Shown here piece by piece: positions 1-12,727 of a stretch of DNA of 64,000 nt (within the stretch, counting starts at the first letter, position 1; the number at the start of each line of letters is the position of its first letter). The DNA comes from Eledone cirrhosa. Taxonomy: Eukaryota. Made by a program: the position numbers and the translations under genes. The notes below the pieces were generated by a model. That model ran no database searches. It saw only the letters and a program-made list of their open reading frames with translations, and was not told where the DNA came from. The stretch is taken from assembly GCA_964016885.1 (NCBI GenBank), contig OZ024742.1:46314001-46378000 (forward strand), read 5' to 3'.

Positions 1-172
1 GTACCATGGGCCCAGCACTATGTGTCAATAATTGTCACAAGTGTAGTGTTTGTACCAGAGTTTTCAAGTCGCTGGCTGGACTAAAAAGTCACACTCGTTC
101 AGCATATCGGTAGGGGTTCTCCTACATGGATATAAAGTAATGGCCGTACTCGAAAACGAGTTGGCAGCCACC
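1..172 (+). mobile_element. RTE-derived bipartite non-autonomous retroposon (family A), 3' part cut by window edge
   Basis: Near-identical to the 3' part of 3907-4514; encodes remnant [20 protein letters not shown]...*; followed by (TATG)n. Confidence 0.85.
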
Positions 173-187
173 ATGTATGTATGTATG

Positions 188-895
188 TTACCTCTTTCTC
201 TTAATTTCGAGTATATTTTTTTGACCGGCCACCTTCCTGGTGGCAAGGTTGTAAAAGAAAAGAAATTGTCATCCTTTGAATCGCAGGAATGTTTTGCAAA
301 TTTTAAAGGTGCCAGCTATCGCAGCCATTTGTACACTATGAATTAGGGAACTGCGCTTTTTGTCCGCAAATCCAAGTTCAGTCATACTTTGGTCCAAGCG
401 GGTTGGTATATAACCCGTAGCTCCAATAATGATGGGTATGAAGCTAAAGGTGTATCTTGGATACTGGATTTGTAAACTCCTCATCAATGGTCCGTAGATG
501 TCCTCTTCTCCTGTATTTTTCTGACAACGTTTACATCAAGTGGGCAGCTGATCTCCACAACAGAACACGTTTTCAATGTGTGGTCCCAAACAACAATATC
601 AGGCCGGTTGTGCTTTAATTTGGTGGCAGTTTTTATTTTCAGGTTCCATCAGTATTCCTTAGTGCCATCTGTCTCAATATATTCTTCCTCGTTTGTTGTT
701 AAGTTTGTTTTCCGAAGTGCGTTCCAGATGGTTCTAGCTATCCCATCGTGTCTCATGGGGAGGTAGTAGCGAGATGACATTCTTTCGCAGCTGGCAACAA
801 TGTGGCTTACATCCTCGATCTTTGTTTTACATAGCCTACTTTTATTGTCAGCTGCTGGCCTTCCTCTTTTGTGCAGCAGATATTTGGTAGGGAGT
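188..895 (-). mobile_element. 5'-truncated R4/Dong-like (RLE) non-LTR retrotransposon 3' fragment, diverged subfamily
   Basis: Minus strand gives RMSSRYYLPMRHD, NRPDIVVWD, VEISCP and ORF 269-487 FIPIIIGATG, homologous to the 40485-41558 C-terminus; 3' end abuts (TATG)n. Confidence 0.8.
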
Positions 896-905
896 TATTT
901 GGTAG

Positions 906-1291
906 TGTCAAGGCAGAATTCTAGGAGAAGGAAAACTCTGATATAACACCTGCAACCCTGATGGTATCCAATGATGTTGACTTGTTCTTCTTTTTGGTAA
1001 ATATCATCTTGGTTAAGAGAGTGGGACTGGCTTTGTGCAGTGCCTTTGCTCACTATAAAAGCTTCACGGCACAGGCATTGCTTTATATCTGGAGATCTCT
1101 CTGCACTTGCCGTCACATGGTACCATGGGCCCAGCACTATGTGTCAATAATTGTCACAGGTGTAGTGTTTGTACCAGAGTTTTCAAGTCGCTGACTGGAC
1201 TAAAAAGTCACACTCGTTCAGCGCATCGGTAGGGGTTCTCCTACATGGATATAAAGTAGTGGCCGTACTCGAAAACGAGTTGGCAGCCACC
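906..1291 (+). mobile_element. RTE-derived bipartite element family A, 5'-truncated copy
   Basis: Matches 4109-4514; TCTAGGAGAAGGAAAACTCTGA motif; (TATG)n tail. Confidence 0.85.
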
Positions 1292-1326
1292 ATGTATGTA
1301 TGTATGTATGTATGCTTGTATGTTAT

Positions 1327-1880
1327 GTCAGGTCGGCTTCAGCGCTACAGGTAATATGTAACCGACTACAACTGCATGGCCGGATCGGCAGTGACCTAAC
1401 CGGCAACCCCGCCAAGATTGTTTGGCGTGGAAGTTGATTTTGGACACCCTGGAGGATGAAAAACATAAGCATTCAAAGGGCGGAGGAACTCAGGAGAGTT
1501 AACGCCCATCCAATAAAGGATTTTCTTTTGGAGCGGGAGACTCCTAGTCTACATTAAGACAGCTCTCTAGGAGAAGGTCACTCTGATATAGAACCTGCGA
1601 CTTTATTTGCATCTAATGATGTAGTCCTGTTCTACTTTTTAGGTAAATGCATTTGCTGTTCAGAGAGTGGGATTGGCCCCTTGCAAAGACTTTCCTCACT
1701 TAAAAAAGCTTCAAGCGCAGGCATTGCTTGATATGTGACATATATTTGCAGTTCATGGCATTGCCCACCAAAGGCAAGTTCCTACCAGTACTAAAAAGCC
1801 ACATCTGTGATGCAGATGTTTAAGTATCAAGCGATGGCATTATTCGAAAGAGATGGCATTATTCGAAGAGAGTTGCAACC
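1327..1880 (+). mobile_element. RTE-derived bipartite element, diverged subfamily B
   Basis: Same GTCAGGTC start, CTAGGAGAAGGTCACTCTGATATA, GAGAGTGGGATTGG, CAGGCATTGC motifs and CTAAAAAGCCAC (LKSH) remnant as family A. Confidence 0.7.
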
Positions 1881-1899
1881 ATCTTGTATGTATGTATGT

Positions 1900-3801
1900 T
1901 CTTCTGGTTTTATAATTTCACAAATTTTTTTCCCAATAGAGAGAGAGTCGGTTTCTAACATAGACACGACTCTCTCATTGGAATTTACACAACATCAACT
2001 AGGTAGATTATGTATGCATGCATGTGTAGATATGGATGTTATTGTATGTGTGGATGTGTATGTTTTGAGTTGTATGTGTATATACTTTGTATCTGTACAT
2101 GTGTATATGCAGTTATTAGATGCAAAAGTTTTGGAATGTTTTACATATTTTTACTGTTCCATTAATGGATTGTACTTGTAATTTCCTAACTAGTTGTGTT
2201 CTTTCTGTTCCTGTGAAGCTTAGATTTGTATTGGGGCAGTTACTAACATACCCCATGCCCCACTAATCACAGGCATAAATCTGAAGGTGTAATCAGGGTG
2301 GAGTATCTGCAGATTTCTCATCAGTTCTGCATAAATATTCTCCTTTTCTCTAATCTTTGATATTATATTAGCATCTGCTGGGCAGCTAATTTCCACTACT
2401 GTGCATGCTTTCTTCTCCCTGTTCCATACCATAATATCTGGTCTGTTATGCCTGCATTTTATTGGGGTTTTCACTGGAACATCCCACCAGTACTCTTTCA
2501 TATTATGTACATGGATGTCTTCCACATTGCTGTAGCTTTTAATGTGTTTATTATCGGGTCTATCTTTTTTACGGATTGCATTGTACAGTGTTTTGGCCAC
2601 TACATCATGCCTCATAGGTAGATAGTACCGCGATGACATCTTTGGACAGCTGCTTATGACATAGGTGATAACTTCGATGTTAGTTCTGCAGAGTCTGCAC
2701 TTGTTATCACATCCCTATCTTTTTTGTGAATCAGGTATTTCGTGTTAATCTCCTGTTCCTGGATTGCAAAAGCGTATCCTTCAAAATGGGAGCCAATATA
2801 GCGGTTGTTGGTCCAAGATAGACTACTTTCCTTATCTATATTACTCTCACTCTGGAGCTTCCTGGCAACATATCCATGCATGATTTTTTGCTGATAAGCA
2901 TGCAGTTTTTCATCCATGGATTCACTGCGATACTGCTGAGCGACTTCCCTGGGTGTGAGGTTTTGATTATCACACAGGGAATATCTCTCGAGGAGTTCCT
3001 TCCCAACTCTCATGATCTTATCTGTTTCATGCAGATAGACTTACTCGAGAGACGGGCTCCTACGCTTGGATGTTCGAAAATGTTGTCGGAGGGACATTAT
3101 GCGACATTCAAATGCTGTCTGGACTGATGTTAGGCCTCTGCCTCCCTGCTTACGTTTCAAGTAAAGGCGGTCTATGTCACTGTTGATGTGGAAGTTTCCA
3201 GCGTTGTTTAGTATTTTTCGAGTTCCAACATCAACTGCTCGGATTTCGTCTATCGTCCAGTTGAGTATTCCAAACGTTGGTGTTAGGACAGGCACAGCAA
3301 ACACATTGTGAGCCACTGTTTTGTTTTGCACAGAGAGTTCTGATGACCAAATCTTTCTTAATCGGGTGTAGTATTCCCTGGTTACGCGTTCCTTATTACA
3401 GATACCATTATAGGATATGTTCTCATCTATCCCCAGGTATCTGTAGCAGTGCTCATCAGATATCGGTGAAATAGTTAGGCCATTAATGACAATGTTGCTA
3501 GATTGGGTTGATGTTTTACCCCGCTTTACAGTCATGTATGAGCATTTATCTTGGCCAAACTCCATTCCTATATCCTTTGAGAACGTTGTAACCAGGTCTA
3601 GATTTTTCCTCATCCCATCCATGTTCTTGGCATAGAGTTTCAGATCATCCACAAAGAAATTATGGGTTAGGTTCGTATTTCTCTCCTCCTGTGAGCCAAT
3701 GATGTATCCTTCACATTTCTTGAGCAGAAAGGACAAGGGGTTTAATGACAGGATGAATAATATCACAGAGAGAGACTGTCTCCCTGAAATATACCCCTGC
3801 G

Positions 3802-3803
<2 letters not shown>
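1900..3803 (-). mobile_element. 5'-truncated R4/Dong-like non-LTR retrotransposon in (TACA)n; RT and RLE pseudogene
   Basis: ORFs 3041-3877 (FFVDDLKL RT core), 2654-3013 and 2220-2639 (RHD, RPDIMV, VEISCP); collinear with 40231-42200; (TATG)n on both sides. Confidence 0.9.
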
Positions 3804-3832
<29 letters not shown>

Positions 3833-3906
3833 TGTATGTATGTATGTATGTATGTATGTATGTATGTATGCATGCATGTATGTATGTATGTATGTATGTA
3901 TGCTAT

Positions 3907-4514
3907 GTCAGGTCACCAGTTGGTGCTACTGGTAACATGTATCCCAGTACAACCTGTCCCATGGTCGGGTCGTTGGCGACTAAACTGGCAACCCCACCAA
4001 GGTTTCTTGGTGAGGAGGGTGACTTTGGACATCCTGCAGGACTAAAAACAAAACCTGTCAAAGGGTAAAGGAGCTCTTGAGAGTCAATGGCCATCCAAAA
4101 TGACCGGGAGAGATGACCCCTTAGCCTTTGTCAAGGCAGAATTCTAGGAGAAGGAAAACTCTGATATAACACCTGCAACCCTGATGGTATCCAATGATGT
4201 TGACTTGTTCTTCTTTTTGGTAAATATCATCTTGGTTAAGAGAGTGGGACTGGCTTTGTGCAGTGCCTTTACTCACTATAAAAGCTTCACGGCACAGGCA
4301 TTGCTTTATATCTGGAGACCTCTCTGCACTTGTCGTCACAAGGTACCATGGGCCCAGCACTATGTGTCAATAGTTGTCACAGGTGTAGTGTTTGTACCAG
4401 AGTTTTCAAGTCACTGGCTGGACTAAAAAGTCACACTCGTTCAGCGCATCGGTAGGGGTTCTCCTACATGGATATAAAGTAGTGGCCGTACTCGAAAACG
4501 AGTTGGCAGCCACC
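3907..4514 (+). mobile_element. RTE-derived bipartite element family A, full length (~608 bp)
   Basis: Near-identical to 15346-15953; RTE-type 5'UTR motif fused to C2H2 remnant, stop and 3'UTR hairpin CTCG-AAAA-CGAG. Confidence 0.88.
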
Positions 4515-4524
4515 ATGTATGTAT

Positions 4525-4791
4525 GTTCTTGTTTTATAATTTCATACATTTTTGCCAATAAAGAGAGAGTCGGTTTCTAACATAGACACAAGACTCTCTC
4601 ATTGAAATTTACACAACAACAACTAGGTAGGTATGTATGTATGCATGTGTAGATATGGATGTTATTGTATGTGTGGATGTGGATGTTTTGAGTTGTATGC
4701 ATGCGCATATGCTTTGGATCTGTACAAGTGTATATGCAGTTATTAGATGTAGAATTTTTGGAATGTTTTACATATTTTTATTGTTCCATTA
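4525..4791 (-). mobile_element. Extreme 3' fragment of the (TACA)n R4-like family
   Basis: Matches 40231-40535 (3'UTR and last codons); (TATG)n flanks. Confidence 0.8.
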
Positions 4792-5519
4792 ATGTATGTA
4801 TGTATGTGCGTGTGTGCGTGCGTATGAATGCATGGATGAGTATGTGTGTGTGTGTGGAATATGTATGTATACATGTATGTATGTTATTATATATGTATGT
4901 GCGTGTGTGCGTGCGTATGAATACATGAATGAATATGTGTATGTGTGTGTGGAATACCTCTGTATGTATGTACGTATGTGCGTGTGTGCGTGCGTATAAT
5001 TGTAGGATGAATATGTGTATGTGGAATACCGCATGTTGATTTTTTCCTTTCTAGTATATAAGAGTTATGCGTGATATTAAAATAATCAGAAAGAAATGCA
5101 GAGAAAGAAATACATTTCACAAAACTATCTTAACTTCTATAATCTCCATTAAGCAATTGTAAGTAAATCATTACTTTGTATGGTTATTGTCCTTAGTAAC
5201 AGTCGCAGCGAAACAATCTAAGAAGTCTCTAGATGAGGGAAATAATATAGAATAGAATCTAATCATTATATTGTTTACATAGAGTGCGTGACAGTTTGGA
5301 TAGAGTGCCGAGTAAAATGACTTACTTTAATTTATTTTATCCCATTTTACGTTCTGAGGTTTGGTTTTGGTTTTCATTTTATCTGTGGTTGATAAAAATG
5401 TACCAGTGATATACTACCCCCACATTCACCTACACACACACACAAACGTATCCACCTCCCACATCTAAGCCCCCCCCCCATCCACACCCTCACACTCGCA
5501 TACACACACGCCCCCCACA

Positions 5520-5790
5520 TCGTTTTTGAATTTGGTTTGCAAGATTTCTTATCTGAAAACGTGTGTTGAAACAGGTATTGTTATACTTTGGGAGGGTCAA
5601 TAAAAACACACGCACCTGTTGATTTTCAATTCAATTTATTATAAATTTCCGGTTAGTTGGTTCAATAACCGGATGGTTGTTTATATATTGTCAAAGCTCT
5701 TTTGTCACACATTCTGTGACCTCCTCAATGACTGATTTCTTATTATTTTGTTCTCTCCTTTGTTCTGTCCTACACTATCTTGTTTAAATA
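5520..5790. repeat. Unclassified interspersed repeat
   Basis: 5690-5735 TGTCAAAGCTC...TGTGACCTCCTCAATGACT recurs inverted at about 30730-30775. Confidence 0.45.
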
Positions 5791-6102
5791 TATGGATGAT
5801 GAGAGTACCAAAGAAATACAAGACTCATAGTAAATACAGTAAACAAATTAAAGAGGTTTTGTTAAAAAGTTTTTATAGAAATAAAGAGAAAGTTATGTTA
5901 TCTCAGGATCTGCCCACACAAAACAGTTACTTATTTGTGTTTTTGTTAAATAAGTCTGAATTTTTTCAGCAACAAGAAATGCAAATACTTTTTGAAGATA
6001 TTTTTTAAAAGGAAGAATGTAATTTTTTACTGGAGAGACATGCAAAATAATTGATTAATTATACATATCTTTCTCTCTCTCTCCCCTCTCTCTCTCTCAC
6101 CT

Positions 6103-6172
<70 letters not shown>

Positions 6173-6188
6173 GTATATATATATATAT

Positions 6189-6363
6189 GAAAATATTCTG
6201 GACCCCAACGGCTGAGCTCCGACCGTTTCGACTGCTAGATCCGAATGAGTTCGGATCAGTCGAAACGTCGGGGTCCTGAATCTTTTCACATTACCCCCTC
6301 TACTACCCCAAGTATCGAGTACTCTGGTGGGTTATGGTCCACCTGGTTTCTTACCACACCCTA

Positions 6364-6366
<3 letters not shown>
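6189..6366 (+). mobile_element. Fold-back hammerhead-associated element, family H1 (diverged subfamily)
   Basis: Inverted arms GACCCC...GTTTCGACTG / CAGTCGAAAC...GGGGTC plus tail GAGTACTCTGGTGGGTTATGGTCCACCTGG shared with 12726-12940 and 57580-57708; in (TA)n. Confidence 0.75.
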
Positions 6367-6402
<36 letters not shown>

Positions 6403-6405
<3 letters not shown>

Positions 6406-6672
6406 AGTAAGGTTACTTGGATGCATCCATAGGCGGTATGCCGGTTGAGCACTCTATGCCTCTTCGGAGCAGAGTATAATAATATGGAAAACGAAGAATC
6501 AGTGATGCATCGGAACAAAATTTATTAAAGTATTACAATTGTTTCTCCGTATCTGACGAACTTGCGAATCCAGAGTCAGGTTCCACAAATAGATCGCACC
6601 TCGAGCTGTTCGCCGGAGAAACACTTGTAATACGTTAATAAATTGTGTTCCGATGCATCACTGAATCTTCGT
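6403..6672 (-). mobile_element. Fold-back element family H3 (hammerhead 3' half GAAAC-AATT-GTA)
   Basis: Internal inverted arms 6491-6549 / 6614-6672 plus tail; near-identical inverted copy at 7166-7427. Confidence 0.7.
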
Positions 6673-6683
6673 CCCCCCCCCCC

Positions 6684-6733
<50 letters not shown>

Positions 6734-6964
6734 TGACGGCTAAGAGAAAGGAGTACTCAATACCGAAATAGAGTTTTAATATTCAATTTATGAAGGCTGA
6801 ATAGGTAGTCTTGTCACTCTGGGGTTTCTTCTTTTTATTACAGGGTCTTATGAACCTGTAATAAAAAGAAGAAACCCCACAGTGACAAGACTACCTATTC
6901 AGCCTTCATAAATTGAATATTAAAACTCTATTTCGGTATTGAGTACTCCTTTCTCTCAGCCGTC
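6734..6964. repeat. ~230-bp near-perfect palindrome (family H2) in (TA)n
   Basis: Arms GACGGCTAAGAGAAAGGAGTACTCAATA... / ...TATTGAGTACTCCTTTCTCTCAGCCGTC with centre near 6851. Confidence 0.92.
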
Positions 6965-6971
6965 ATATATG

Positions 6972-7073
<102 letters not shown>

Positions 7074-7079
7074 TATACA

Positions 7080-7165
<86 letters not shown>

Positions 7166-7167
<2 letters not shown>

Positions 7168-7427
7168 AAAACGAAGAATCAGTGATGCATCGGAACACAA
7201 TTTATTAACGTATTACAAGTGTTTCTCCGGCGAACAGCTCGAGGTGCGATCTATTTGTGGAACCTGACTCTGGATTCGCAAGTTCGTCAGATACGGAGAA
7301 ACAATTGTAATACTTTAATAAATTTTGTTCTGATGCATCACTGATTCTTCGTTTTCCATATTATTATACTCTGCTCCGAAGAGGCATAGAGTGCTCAACC
7401 GGCATACCGCCTATGGATGCATCCAAG
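7166..7427 (+). mobile_element. Fold-back element family H3, inverted copy of 6416-6672
   Basis: Reverse complement matches 6416-6672 with only a few differences. Confidence 0.8.
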
Positions 7428-7583
7428 ACATAGGAACCAGTTGTCAGAGTTTTATAATCGATTTGGTGAACCAACGGTAACATAAGGTTACAGTTCATTA
7501 AGCAATTTATAGTCGCCATTCTGAATTATGCATAATCTGAATATGTGTGTCTGTGTGTGTGTATTATCCTTTTTACATATATT

Positions 7584-7622
<39 letters not shown>

Positions 7623-7626
7623 ATAC

Positions 7627-8697
7627 ATTAACAGAGAAAGCTTTAAGCAATACTCCGACCGACTTCCGTCTTACTCAACAAACATTGGGATATACCTTAG
7701 TATAATCCCAATTATACGTTTGGGGTGCTAACTATACGTATTTTGCGGATAGCCAGTTGTATTATTTTATATGAGACATAATTAAATACATCTCTCTTTC
7801 CAAACGATAAGTTTTCTACAAATTGGGAAAATAATGTCCAGGTTATGTAGAAGCCTACACATAGTCCATAGGAATATATGTAGGTGGGCATTTATAAATC
7901 ATCAGTGGATGCCCGACAATATCGATATAAAAAAAACCTTACCGATATTAACATTCAGCGATGGTACCCGTCAGTGTTAGAGTGACCGCCAAATTTGAAA
8001 TTCCAGCAGTCTCACAATGAGAAATCTCACACCGTCACCAAGCGGGAAGGGGAGGTCATCGCAAAACATAAAAGAATAAAATAATATGCACGTAGGTCAA
8101 TTAATTCTTTCAATAATTTTAACCATGCGTGAAGAACTCAATTGGATATAAAAAAAAAATGTATGCATGTATTATTTATACACGCATATAGGTATTTTCT
8201 TAGGCTAAAAACAGAGACAAGATACCGGAAATATATATATGTAGCTGTCTGGGTGTTTGGTAGTTACCCCATACCGGTTTGTATTTATTTTCTTGATTTA
8301 TTCTTTTAAATTGAGTCTGGCAAACCCTAATGGTTATAGTTAGTATATTTTTCACCTTAGCGAACCTGGTCCCTTACGATTTGAACACATATGTCTATAT
8401 ATCTGTGTTTATTTCTCTTTTATATTCAATTATAATATACGGCTCGGAAAAATCTCTTTCCTTGAGCTATTTAATTGTAAGAGACTATTTTGAGTTTCTA
8501 ACTTAATATATACCTTATATATATATACATAATTACATAAACGGAGAAAGCTAATAGCGATACTCCGACCAATTTCCAACTCACTCAACAAACACTAGGA
8601 AATACCGGAGTATATTCCCAATTAAACGTTTGGAATGCTAATTATATTGTATTGTGTGGATAATTGGCTGTATTATTTTATATGAGATATATTAAAG
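7627..8697 (-). repeat. Diverged ~160-bp direct repeats (7627-7786 and 8539-8697) carrying the shared tail hairpin
   Basis: GAGAAAGCT...ATACTCCGACC...TATTATTTTATATGAGA in both; ATACTCCG/CGGAGTAT stem at 8560-8613. Confidence 0.6.
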
Positions 8698-9176
8698 ATC
8701 TCATTATATATATATGAAATACAAAAACAGTTAATCAATTTATAACGGTTTCATCCATATTCTGAGTAGATTAGTAATTAATAATTAATTAATTAATTAA
8801 TTAAACAATATAAACGATTAAAACTACTAAAATGATGAAAATATAAATTAATTGTTACCTCGTAAATATTACAATTTTAAGTCAACATGAGCATATATAT
8901 ATATATATAAACGGAAAAAATGAAACGAAATTTCATTTCTCACTCTTAGTACGGCTGTTACTTAAATATAAGTATGTATACGTACATACTTATATGAATA
9001 CAGACGTACAGTAGTATGTATATATATATACATACATGCACACACATATATATGTACGTATGGATTCACCGAACATTTATTATAATGCTCGGTGTGTTTG
9101 TAAACAAACATCCCGAATTAAGCCGTACAGTGTCTAGCAACCATCGTTTCCTCATTTGTTCAACACTGACAAAGGA

Positions 9177-9219
9177 ACGCTGTACTAGTTTCAAGCTTAT
9201 TAGCTATCGTCAGCAACGT
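9177..9219 (-). ncRNA. Type I minimal hammerhead ribozyme
   Basis: ACGUUG-CUGACGA-U-AGCU-aaua-AGCU-U-GAAAC-UA-GUA/CAGCGU: intact core, 6-bp stem I, palindromic stem III ACUAGU. Confidence 0.88.
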
Positions 9220-9607
9220 ATACATTCCTGCCAGATGGTTGAACGTCTGAAAGTATATACTTTCCTTATGCATATTATCGGCTGAGCAGCCTAATTTGCA
9301 TATCGAGTGAGTTAATCGGCCGGGGTACCGAAAACGATAAACGGAAAAAATGAAACGAAATTTCATTTCCCACTCTTAGTACGGCTGTTACTTAAATATA
9401 AGTATGTATACGTACATACATATATGTATACAGACGTACAGTAGTATGTATATATATATACATACATGCACACACACACATATATGTACGTATGGATTCA
9501 TCGAACATTTATTATAATGCTCGGTGTGTTTGTAAACAAACATCCCGAATTAAGCCCTACAGTGTCTAGCAACCATCGTTGCTCATTTGTTCAACACTGA
9601 CAAAGGA

Positions 9608-9650
9608 ACGCTGTACTAGTTTCAAGCTTGTTAGCTATCGTCAGCAACGT
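9608..9650 (-). ncRNA. Type I minimal hammerhead ribozyme (tandem copy 2)
   Basis: Same as 9177-9219 with one change in loop II. Confidence 0.88.
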
Positions 9651-9813
9651 ATACCTTCCTGTCAGATGGTTGAACGTCTGAAAGTATATACTTTCCTTAT
9701 GCATATTAACGGCTGAGCAACCTAATTTGCATATCGAGTGAGTTAATCGGCCGGGGTACCGATAACGATAAACGATAAACTTTCAGACGTTCAACCATCT
9801 GGCAGGAAGGTAT

Positions 9814-9856
9814 ACGTTGCTGACGATAGCTAATAAGCTTGAAACTAGTACAGCGT
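9814..9856 (+). ncRNA. Type I minimal hammerhead ribozyme (inverted copy)
   Basis: ACGTTG CTGACGA TAGCTAATAAGCTT GAAAC TA GTA CAGCGT read directly on + strand. Confidence 0.88.
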
Positions 9857-10065
9857 TCCTTTGTCAGTGTTGAACAAATGAGCAACGATGGTTGCTAGAC
9901 ACTGTACGGCTTAATTCGGGATGTTTGTTTACAAACACACCGAGCATTATAATAAATGTTCGGTGAATCCATACGTACATATATATGTGTGTGAATGTAT
10001 GTATATATATATATATATACATACTACTGTACGTCTGTATACATATATGTATGTACGTATACATA

Positions 10066-10138
<73 letters not shown>

Positions 10139-10357
10139 GCACTGGTACACACACACACCTACACACACACACATATATATATATAGGTATGATTGTGTGT
10201 TTAAAGAGTGAATTTCACAAACGCGTGGTTTCGGGTTCATTCCTACTGTATGAAAACCTGTGCAAGTGTCTTCTTGGGTTGACCAATGTATTGCCAATGA
10301 AATTTGGAGAAGAAAAACTGTAGAAGCCAGCCATGGATGGGACCACCCATGTAAACT

Positions 10358-10446
10358 CTCATATCTGAAGAAGTGTCGATTAAGAGTCGGGATCCGATCA
10401 CATGATCAAATCCGAGCTGATCGATATGGAAACAAATTGTAATAGG
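10358..10446 (+). ncRNA. Type I hammerhead ribozyme, long stem II
   Basis: CTGAAGA 10365-10371; stem II GUGUCGAU/AUCGAUAU; GAAAC 10429-10433; GUA 10439-10441; weak stem I UAU/AUA; AATAAA at 10451; element lies between (TA)n tracts. Confidence 0.65.
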
Positions 10447-10489
10447 TAATAATAAAGTTTACAAAAAGCTGCAATTTTTATTGTCACTT

Positions 10490-10542
<53 letters not shown>

Positions 10543-10543
<1 letters not shown>

Positions 10544-11160
10544 CAATTGGTATGCGAAGTCTAAACGGCGATATAATCAAGCAATTTGACGACTTCAAAT
10601 ACCTGGGTAGCTATATCGCCTCCACAGAACATGATGTTACATCAGACTGGGAAAAGCATGGGGAGCATTGAATGCAATGGAAAAAATATCGAAATCAAAC
10701 CTGCCGGCCAAACTGAAAAGGAATTTCTTCAGAGCTGCTGTGGAATCTGTGCTTGTTTATGGCTCTATCACTTGGACGTTAACGTCGAAACTGGAGAAAA
10801 AGCTAGACGGAGCATACACACGTATGTTCCGTGCTGCTTTAAACGTATCTTGGAGGGAACACCCAACAAATAAGGATCTCTATGGCAATATACCACCTAT
10901 CAGCAGGTCAATACGTGAACAGAGACTCAGATTTGCTGGCCACTGTTGGCGCAGCAAAGAAGAAATAGCAGGTGATGTGTTGTTATGGAGTCCATCACAT
11001 GGAGCAAGAAACGCTGGTCGTCACAAGAAGACATACGTCAAGCAACTTGAGGACGATACTGGATGCACTGCGGAAGAACTGGCAAACGCTATGAGAGACA
11101 GAGATGGATGGAGGAAACGTGTCGTAGAAAGCCGAACAAGCTCGACCTGATGATGATGAT
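10543..11160 (+). mobile_element. 5'-truncated RTE-like LINE 3' end
   Basis: FKYLGS motif near 10595; ORF 10668-11150 [12 protein letters not shown]...RLRFAGHCWR; (TGA)n tail after stop. Confidence 0.85.
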
Positions 11161-11174
11161 GAATATATATATAT

Positions 11175-11315
11175 AACAAAGAAGATGTGGTAAGATACCA
11201 GGTGGACCATAACACACCAGAGTACTCGATACTTAGGGTGGTAGAGTGGATAACAGGAAATGTGTCAGGACCCCGACGGCTGAGCTCCGACAGCTAGATC
11301 CGAACTGCTGTTTCC
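11175..11315 (-). mobile_element. Family H1 fragment (tail and stem III half)
   Basis: Reverse complement of the H1 tail: TGTGGTAAGATACCAGGTGGACCATAAC...GACCCCGACGGCTGAGCTC. Confidence 0.75.
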
Positions 11316-11324
11316 TATATATAT

Positions 11325-11435
11325 ATAGTAATAATAATAAAAGTGAAGAGTAAAATCCAAAGAGGGCTCGATAAGAAGATCCCGTTAAGGGTGAAAGCAG
11401 TGATTCTTTGCTTAAACGTTAATCTGTTATTTTAA
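11325..11435. mobile_element. Family H6 rearranged fold-back fragment
   Basis: 11325-11375 matches 12562-12613 and 36795-36843; 11375-11435 is the inverse of 36888-36950. Confidence 0.65.
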
Positions 11436-11992
11436 TATATATATATATACATACATAGTGGGTATCCACCTGGTTATATATTTCCTTGTTTCTGGGAAAG
11501 ACAGTGAGAAGGATCTATAGTAGCGAGAGTATTAATATAGAGTTACATAACTAATATAGATTAGTCACTATATCGATTTATCAATCAACCTTGTGAAACG
11601 ATCGTAAATCAATGAACTGATAAAGTATTAAACTTTACCTTTTGTTTTCACTGTTCAACACACACACACACACACACACACATAAATGCACGTGTGTGTA
11701 TTTCTGTGTCATTGTTTGGATTTATGTTAGTCCCTGTGTCTATGACAATATTCCATACCAAAGTGGTTGATCAAAAAGGAGATCGATAAAATAAGTAGCA
11801 CACATGAAAAGATACATATTGGGATTGATATGATCAACTAAATCAATGCGATATTCCAGCATGACCGCAGTCAACAGACTGAAACTAGTAAAAGTTTAAA
11901 AGAATATGTATATGATTTCCTTCAAATGAAACAGTTCTAGTCCTGTCGAAACCATTCTATATTAAATTTGTTATATATATTGCATATATATT

Positions 11993-12118
11993 TTACTTCT
12001 CCTAATGAAAGACTAGCGTCCGATACGTTAAGACATTATTTTTCTTTTTATCGACCAGCATAAAATAAGACTTTGTATAACTGAACCTCTGTGATTGCGG
12101 TTTGTAATCTTAAGCCAT
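11993..12118 (+). mobile_element. Family H8 element with degenerate hammerhead-like core
   Basis: CTAATGAAAGACTAGCGTCCGATACG; inverted copy at 13738-13865 has CTGATGA. Confidence 0.55.
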
Positions 12119-12147
12119 ATATATGTATGGGTATGTATGTATGTATG

Positions 12148-12209
<62 letters not shown>

Positions 12210-12315
12210 CCCATACATATATATATATATATATATATACATACCCATACATACCCATACATATATATATATACCCATACATATATATATATACCCATAC
12301 ATATATATATATATC

Positions 12316-12411
<96 letters not shown>

Positions 12412-12457
12412 TATATATATATATATATATACATACCCATACATATATATATATACC

Positions 12458-12565
<108 letters not shown>

Positions 12566-12650
12566 GTAATAATAATAAAATTGAAGACTAAAATCCAAAG
12601 AGGGCTCGATAAGGATAAATATATATCAAATATATAAGAACCGTAGAGCA

Positions 12651-12725
<75 letters not shown>

Positions 12726-12727
<2 letters not shown>

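Larger units (their letters stand above)
8909..10068 (-). mobile_element. Retrozyme/Penelope-LTR-like element: two ~430-bp tandem units plus an inverted partial unit, flanked by (TA)n
   Basis: Units 8909-9339 and 9339-9772 are near-identical; 9779-10068 is the reverse complement of part of a unit; each carries a hammerhead. Confidence 0.85.

Noticed and set aside
895-1194. Recurrent 77-80 aa ORFs (MLGPWYHV.../MVSNDVDL...)
   Set aside because: They recur only because the non-autonomous element is multicopy; no ATG context or domain support
5548-5582. CTGAAAA...GAAACAGGTA hammerhead-like string
   Set aside because: C3-A8 mismatch, no real stem II and poor stem I
11568-11612. GAAAC-GATC-GTA with GATT/AATC flanks
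   Set aside because: CUGAnGA box missing; at most a decayed relic (likewise 8735-8760 on the minus strand)
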